Part shown: positions 60,763 through 64,000 of the stretch, piece after piece | Layout of the letters: each line of letters opens with the position of its first letter | How positions within the stretch are numbered: the stretch's first letter is position 1 | From: Flavobacteriaceae bacterium | GTDB lineage: Bacteria; Bacteroidota; Bacteroidia; Flavobacteriales; Flavobacteriaceae | NCBI GenBank assembly: GCA_027490305.1 | Contig: JAIXYI010000084.1 | Span: forward strand, 24,193-88,192 | Direction of reading: 5' to 3' | DNA length: 64,000 nucleotides | Notes under the pieces: model-generated | Databases searched by the model: none | What the model saw: the letters and a program-made list of their open reading frames with translations, nothing else | Told to the model about the DNA's origin: nothing | Made by a program: the position numbers and the translations under genes

Positions 60763-61662
60763 CTACTTTCTCGGATGAAATGCATTAATAATCTGTGAAA
60801 GGTGCGTTCGGTCAAGATGGAGGTAGATTTCCGTGGTCGTAATCGATTCATGCCCCAGCATCAGTTGGATGGATCGTAGGTCGGCGCCGTTCTCAAGCAG
60901 GTGGGTGGCAAACGAGTGCCGGAAAGTGTGTGGACTGATGCGTTTCTCAAGATGGATGGCAGTAGCGAGACGGCGGATAATCGTAAATACCATCGCGCGC
61001 GTAAGTCCAGCGCCCCGGCGATTCAGGAAGAGCGTATCTTCATGGCCTTTCTGAATGAATAGATGGGTCCGGGGCCCCTCGGCATAGAACCGAATGTACT
61101 TGAGTGTCGCGGCCCCAATGGGAACGAAACGCTGCTTGTTGCCTTTCCCTGTTACCCGGATGAAGCCTTCATCGGGGAAGAGATCAGACAGTCGTAATGT
61201 GACCAGTTCCGATACCCGAAGTCCACACCCGTAAAGCGTTTCCAGCATCGCCCTATTGCGTTCGCCGTCTTCTTTAGAGAGATCAATAGCGCCGATCAGA
61301 CGGTCGATATCGGAAATACTCAGCGTGTCAGGCAGTTTTCGTCCGAGTTTAGGCGCATCGATGAGGTCCATCGGATTGTCTTTGCGGTAGTTTTCGAATA
61401 TGAGATAGCGGAAGAAACTCTTCAGTCCGGATATGATGCGGGCCTGTGACCGCGGTTTCACCTCCCGTGCCAGTTGGAAGAGGAACTGCTGGATGGTTTC
61501 ACTGGTAATATGCAACGGGCTCTCTGTCATGTTGTTACTTTCTAGAAACAAACAAAACCGCTCAAGGTCGAAGAGGTAATTGGTAATGGTGTTTTCGGAA
61601 AGGGCGCGTTCGAGCCGCAGGTAATTCTTAAAATGGGTGAGATAAGGAGCCCAGTTCTGCAT
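60763..61662 (-). CDS. xerD: Site-specific tyrosine recombinase XerD
   Basis: RNRAMLETLYGCGLRVSEL, GKGNKQR, SPHTFRHSFATHLL...LGHESITTTEIY. XerC versus XerD judged from memory of synteny. Confidence 0.88.
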   Translation of the reverse strand: MQNWAPYLTHFKNYLRLERALSENTITNYLFDLERFCLFLESNNMTESPLHITSETIQQFLFQLAREVKPRSQARIISGLKSFFRYLIFENYRKDNPMDLIDAPKLGRKLPDTLSISDIDRLIGAIDLSKEDGERNRAMLETLYGCGLRVSELVTLRLSDLFPDEGFIRVTGKGNKQRFVPIGAATLKYIRFYAEGPRTHLFIQKGHEDTLFLNRRGAGLTRAMVFTIIRRLATAIHLEKRISPHTFRHSFATHLLENGADLRSIQLMLGHESITTTEIYLHLDRTHLSQIINAFHPRK

Positions 61663-61883
61663 CGTTCCAAGGTAGCTAAAAAAATGGCCTTTACAAAATA
61701 ACGGTTGGCGGGCAGGGGGGGATGTATAATTCCATGTAAACTTTGCACAATTTTCATTTATAGTGTATTTATTTTACATTTTTTAAAGACAATATACTAA
61801 TATGTCTATTTTTCAGAAAATAACGCAAAGTTAAAGCTATGTGAATTGGGAGCGTATTAAGTAATTTCGGATGGGTGCGGGTC

Positions 61884-61891
61884 TAACTTTG
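61884..61891 (+). promoter_or_regulatory. -7 element TAACTTTG for the first beta-barrel gene
   Basis: Exact match 25 nt before the ATG; a divergent TAACTTTG lies at 61833-61826 facing xerD. Confidence 0.6.
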
Positions 61892-61916
61892 GGTAAAACA
61901 TTTAAATCAAACCATT

Positions 61917-62528
61917 ATGAAAGTACTACCTTTTTTGGGCCTGACGGCGCTATTATTTGCAACCACATTGGTGAAAGCCCAATCCGACAATTCCGCTACA
62001 ACAACGTCTGGCATTCGCTTTGGCGTGAAGGGAGGCGTTAACTTTGCGACGGTAACGGGCAAGGACTTTGATACGCCGGATTCGCGCACCAGTTTTCATG
62101 CGGGTGTTTTGGCGGAATTTCCGCTAACCGAGATGATTTCACTACAGGCGGAGGCCTTGTATTCCGGACAAGGATTTAAGTCGGACATCACCGGCACAGA
62201 CGGCAGTAAAGTGGAGTATCAGTTGGATTATATCAATGTTCCGGTACTGGTAAAAGTGTTCCTGACGACCGGATTAAGTCTTGAAGTGGGTCCGCAGTTC
62301 AGTTTCAAAGTAAACGAAGAAATCGATACGGATCCTTCCGATAATCCGGGTGATATCGATCTTAATGCGGCGAAAGACTATGATTTTGGCGTCGCAGGAG
62401 GCGTGACCTTCCGCACACAGGGAGGTTTCTTTGCCACGGGCCGCTATACCTATGGCTTAACCGACATTATAGAAAATGCCGATGTGAAGAATTCGGTTTT
62501 CCAATTGGGAGTCGGTTTTCTGTTCTAG
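61917..62528 (+). CDS. Small outer-membrane beta-barrel (porin family/PorT-like) protein
   Basis: Signal peptide ending VKA-Q, RFGVKGGVNF, EALYSGQG, LDYINVPVL, terminal GVGFLF. Confidence 0.85.
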   Translation: MKVLPFLGLTALLFATTLVKAQSDNSATTTSGIRFGVKGGVNFATVTGKDFDTPDSRTSFHAGVLAEFPLTEMISLQAEALYSGQGFKSDITGTDGSKVEYQLDYINVPVLVKVFLTTGLSLEVGPQFSFKVNEEIDTDPSDNPGDIDLNAAKDYDFGVAGGVTFRTQGGFFATGRYTYGLTDIIENADVKNSVFQLGVGFLF

Positions 62529-62537
62529 CAAAAAAGA

Positions 62538-62563
62538 AAAACCCCTTCATATGAAGGGGTTTT
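62538..62563. terminator. Perfect 26-bp palindrome, bidirectional terminator
   Basis: AAAACCCCTTCAT-ATGAAGGGGTTTT between convergent barrel genes. Confidence 0.85.
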
Positions 62564-62599
62564 CCAATCTTAAAAACCTATGTATAAAAAAAAATTCGA

Positions 62600-63196
62600 T
62601 TAGAATTTGTAGAGCAGGCCGAAGTTGATGTTATCAAGATCAAGGCCGAATTCGAAACTGTTTGAAGTCTCGGCTCCGTCAAAGTCTGGCTTAGAGTTAG
62701 TGTAGCTCAAAGCACCCCATGACGCTTCAATAGCGAAGTTGTTATTCAGGAAGTAGTTAACACCTGGAGACAATACAACGCCGAAACCGTTCACTTTGTA
62801 GTCAAGGGCATCAAAATCAGTTGAAGAGTACGCAACACCCAATTGTCCGAAAACAGAGAACTTCGAAGCTGGTGTAGTGTAGTAACGACCGAAAGCACCT
62901 ACACTAAGCGTGTTGATTTTTGTAGAAGGGTCACCTTCGTTTTCAGTTACTTTAGAAGAACCGTACCCAATGGTACCTCCGATTGCAATGTTGTCAGTTA
63001 CGAAGAACCCAACGCTTGGAGCTACAGAGAAAGAAGATTCTTTGTAGTTGTCCTCAGTGTACTTGCTTGATCCGATGTTGAAAGAACCAGAGATAAAAAT
63101 GTCGCCATTTTTGAACCCTTCAGTACTTTCTTTCTCTTGAGCGTTCGATACGCCGAAAGCGAAAAGTGCAGCCGCAGCAAAGATTAGTTTTTTCAT
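62600..63196 (-). CDS. Small outer-membrane beta-barrel protein
   Basis: Signal peptide ending SNA-Q, APSVGFFVTDNIAIG, GAFGRYY, terminal GLLYKF; promoter TAACTTTG at 63236-63229. Confidence 0.85.
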   Translation of the reverse strand: MKKLIFAAAALFAFGVSNAQEKESTEGFKNGDIFISGSFNIGSSKYTEDNYKESSFSVAPSVGFFVTDNIAIGGTIGYGSSKVTENEGDPSTKINTLSVGAFGRYYTTPASKFSVFGQLGVAYSSTDFDALDYKVNGFGVVLSPGVNYFLNNNFAIEASWGALSYTNSKPDFDGAETSNSFEFGLDLDNINFGLLYKF

Positions 63197-63417
63197 GATT
63201 TGTTTTGTTTTTTCATTTTAGTTTGGGACAAAGTTAGCCGAATGAAATTCCTAGTGAATACAAGGCCTGACCGGATTTATCAACATAGTTTTCAACAGTT
63301 AATTAACATTTAAAATATTCTTAAAATGAAAGGGAAATGGGTTTATTTACAAGATGTTGTCCATTCGTCCGTTGTATATTTGGACTGAACTTTTTACAAG
63401 ATATAAACCAATTACCC

Positions 63418-63948
63418 ATGAAAAAGCTACTTGTTTGTCTTTTGTTTTCCGTCGCATGTCTGCCCGTTTCGGCGCAATCCCTTCGTTTTGGTGTAAAAGC
63501 AGGCGCCAATTTCGCCAATGTTGATGCACAGGATGTGTCGACCGATAACATGACCAGTTGGCATGCCGGCGCCCTACTCGAAATCAATATCTTGCCCACA
63601 TTCTCCATCCAGCCGGAAGCCCTCTATAGTTCGCAGGGCGCTAAGGTCGAGGGGGCAGGTGACTTCAATTTCGATTACATATCGGTACCTGTCCTGGCAC
63701 GGTTCTACCTCCTCCCGGATGTACTGAGTCTCGATGCAGGGCCGCAGTTCTCGTTTTTGGTCAATGATGACGTAGAAGACACGTTCAAAACGAAGTCGTT
63801 TGACTTTGCAATAGCAGGCGGTGCCTCCGTCAACATCACCAAGAACCTCTTTGCCCAGGCACGTTACGTGGTAGGCCTGACCGATACCACCGAGGATGCC
63901 GACGTAACCAATAAAGTCATTCAATTATCACTGGGCTATCGCTTCTGA
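63418..63948 (+). CDS. Small outer-membrane beta-barrel (porin family) protein, paralog of 61917-62528
   Basis: Start moved to MKKLLVC; RFGVKAGANF, EALYSSQG, FDYISVPVL, terminal LGYRF; promoter TATATTTG at 63375-63382. Confidence 0.85.
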   Translation: MKKLLVCLLFSVACLPVSAQSLRFGVKAGANFANVDAQDVSTDNMTSWHAGALLEINILPTFSIQPEALYSSQGAKVEGAGDFNFDYISVPVLARFYLLPDVLSLDAGPQFSFLVNDDVEDTFKTKSFDFAIAGGASVNITKNLFAQARYVVGLTDTTEDADVTNKVIQLSLGYRF

Positions 63949-63976
63949 TCGCATTTCATTCCTCTCTATATACGTG

Positions 63977-64000
63977 ACCGTCCTCATCTGGGGACGGTTT
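63977..64000 (+). terminator. Probable terminator hairpin at the window edge
   Basis: ACCGTCCTC-ATCT-GGGGACGGT followed by TT (truncated). Confidence 0.55.

Noticed and set aside
60763-61662. Tyrosine recombinase as an integrase of a mobile element or an invertase
   Set aside because: Typical Xer length and motifs in a core-gene context; no att-like or inverted repeats seen.

Overview
Bacteroidota DNA, most likely Flavobacterium (gldJ/porU/porV, TAnnTTTG promoters, no Shine-Dalgarno sites). Mostly conserved core backbone: murF, gldJ, porU-porV, cdd, pdhA-pdhC, manC, mlaFE, purK-purE, M3 peptidase, gcvP, fabH-like, murA, zapA-6S-rny, xerD and three small beta-barrel genes. Accessory parts are (i) the right end of a polysaccharide utilization locus (SusC, SusD and an edge-truncated lipoprotein missing from the ORF track) facing a propeller-YYY-LuxR membrane regulator across an 18-bp direct repeat, (ii) a LytS/LytTR two-component pair divergent from a small membrane protein and a non-lipidated homolog of Leptospira LipL32, which is the most interesting module here, (iii) a T9SS type-B cargo with no adjacent PorP/SprF gene, and (iv) a GbsR/MarR-DCC-TIGR01777-SRPBCC operon with two copies of a palindromic operator. 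Non-coding signals include a probable 6S RNA, two structured repeat elements resembling Flavo-1 (from memory), heptamer/octamer arrays, a candidate antisense sRNA between purE and the M3 peptidase, and several promoters placed 4 nt before ATG (probably leaderless). I saw no tRNA, rRNA, CRISPR array, transposase or prophage. All family calls come from motif recognition and memory, not database searches. Where an ORF-track start looked over-extended I give the start I consider real.
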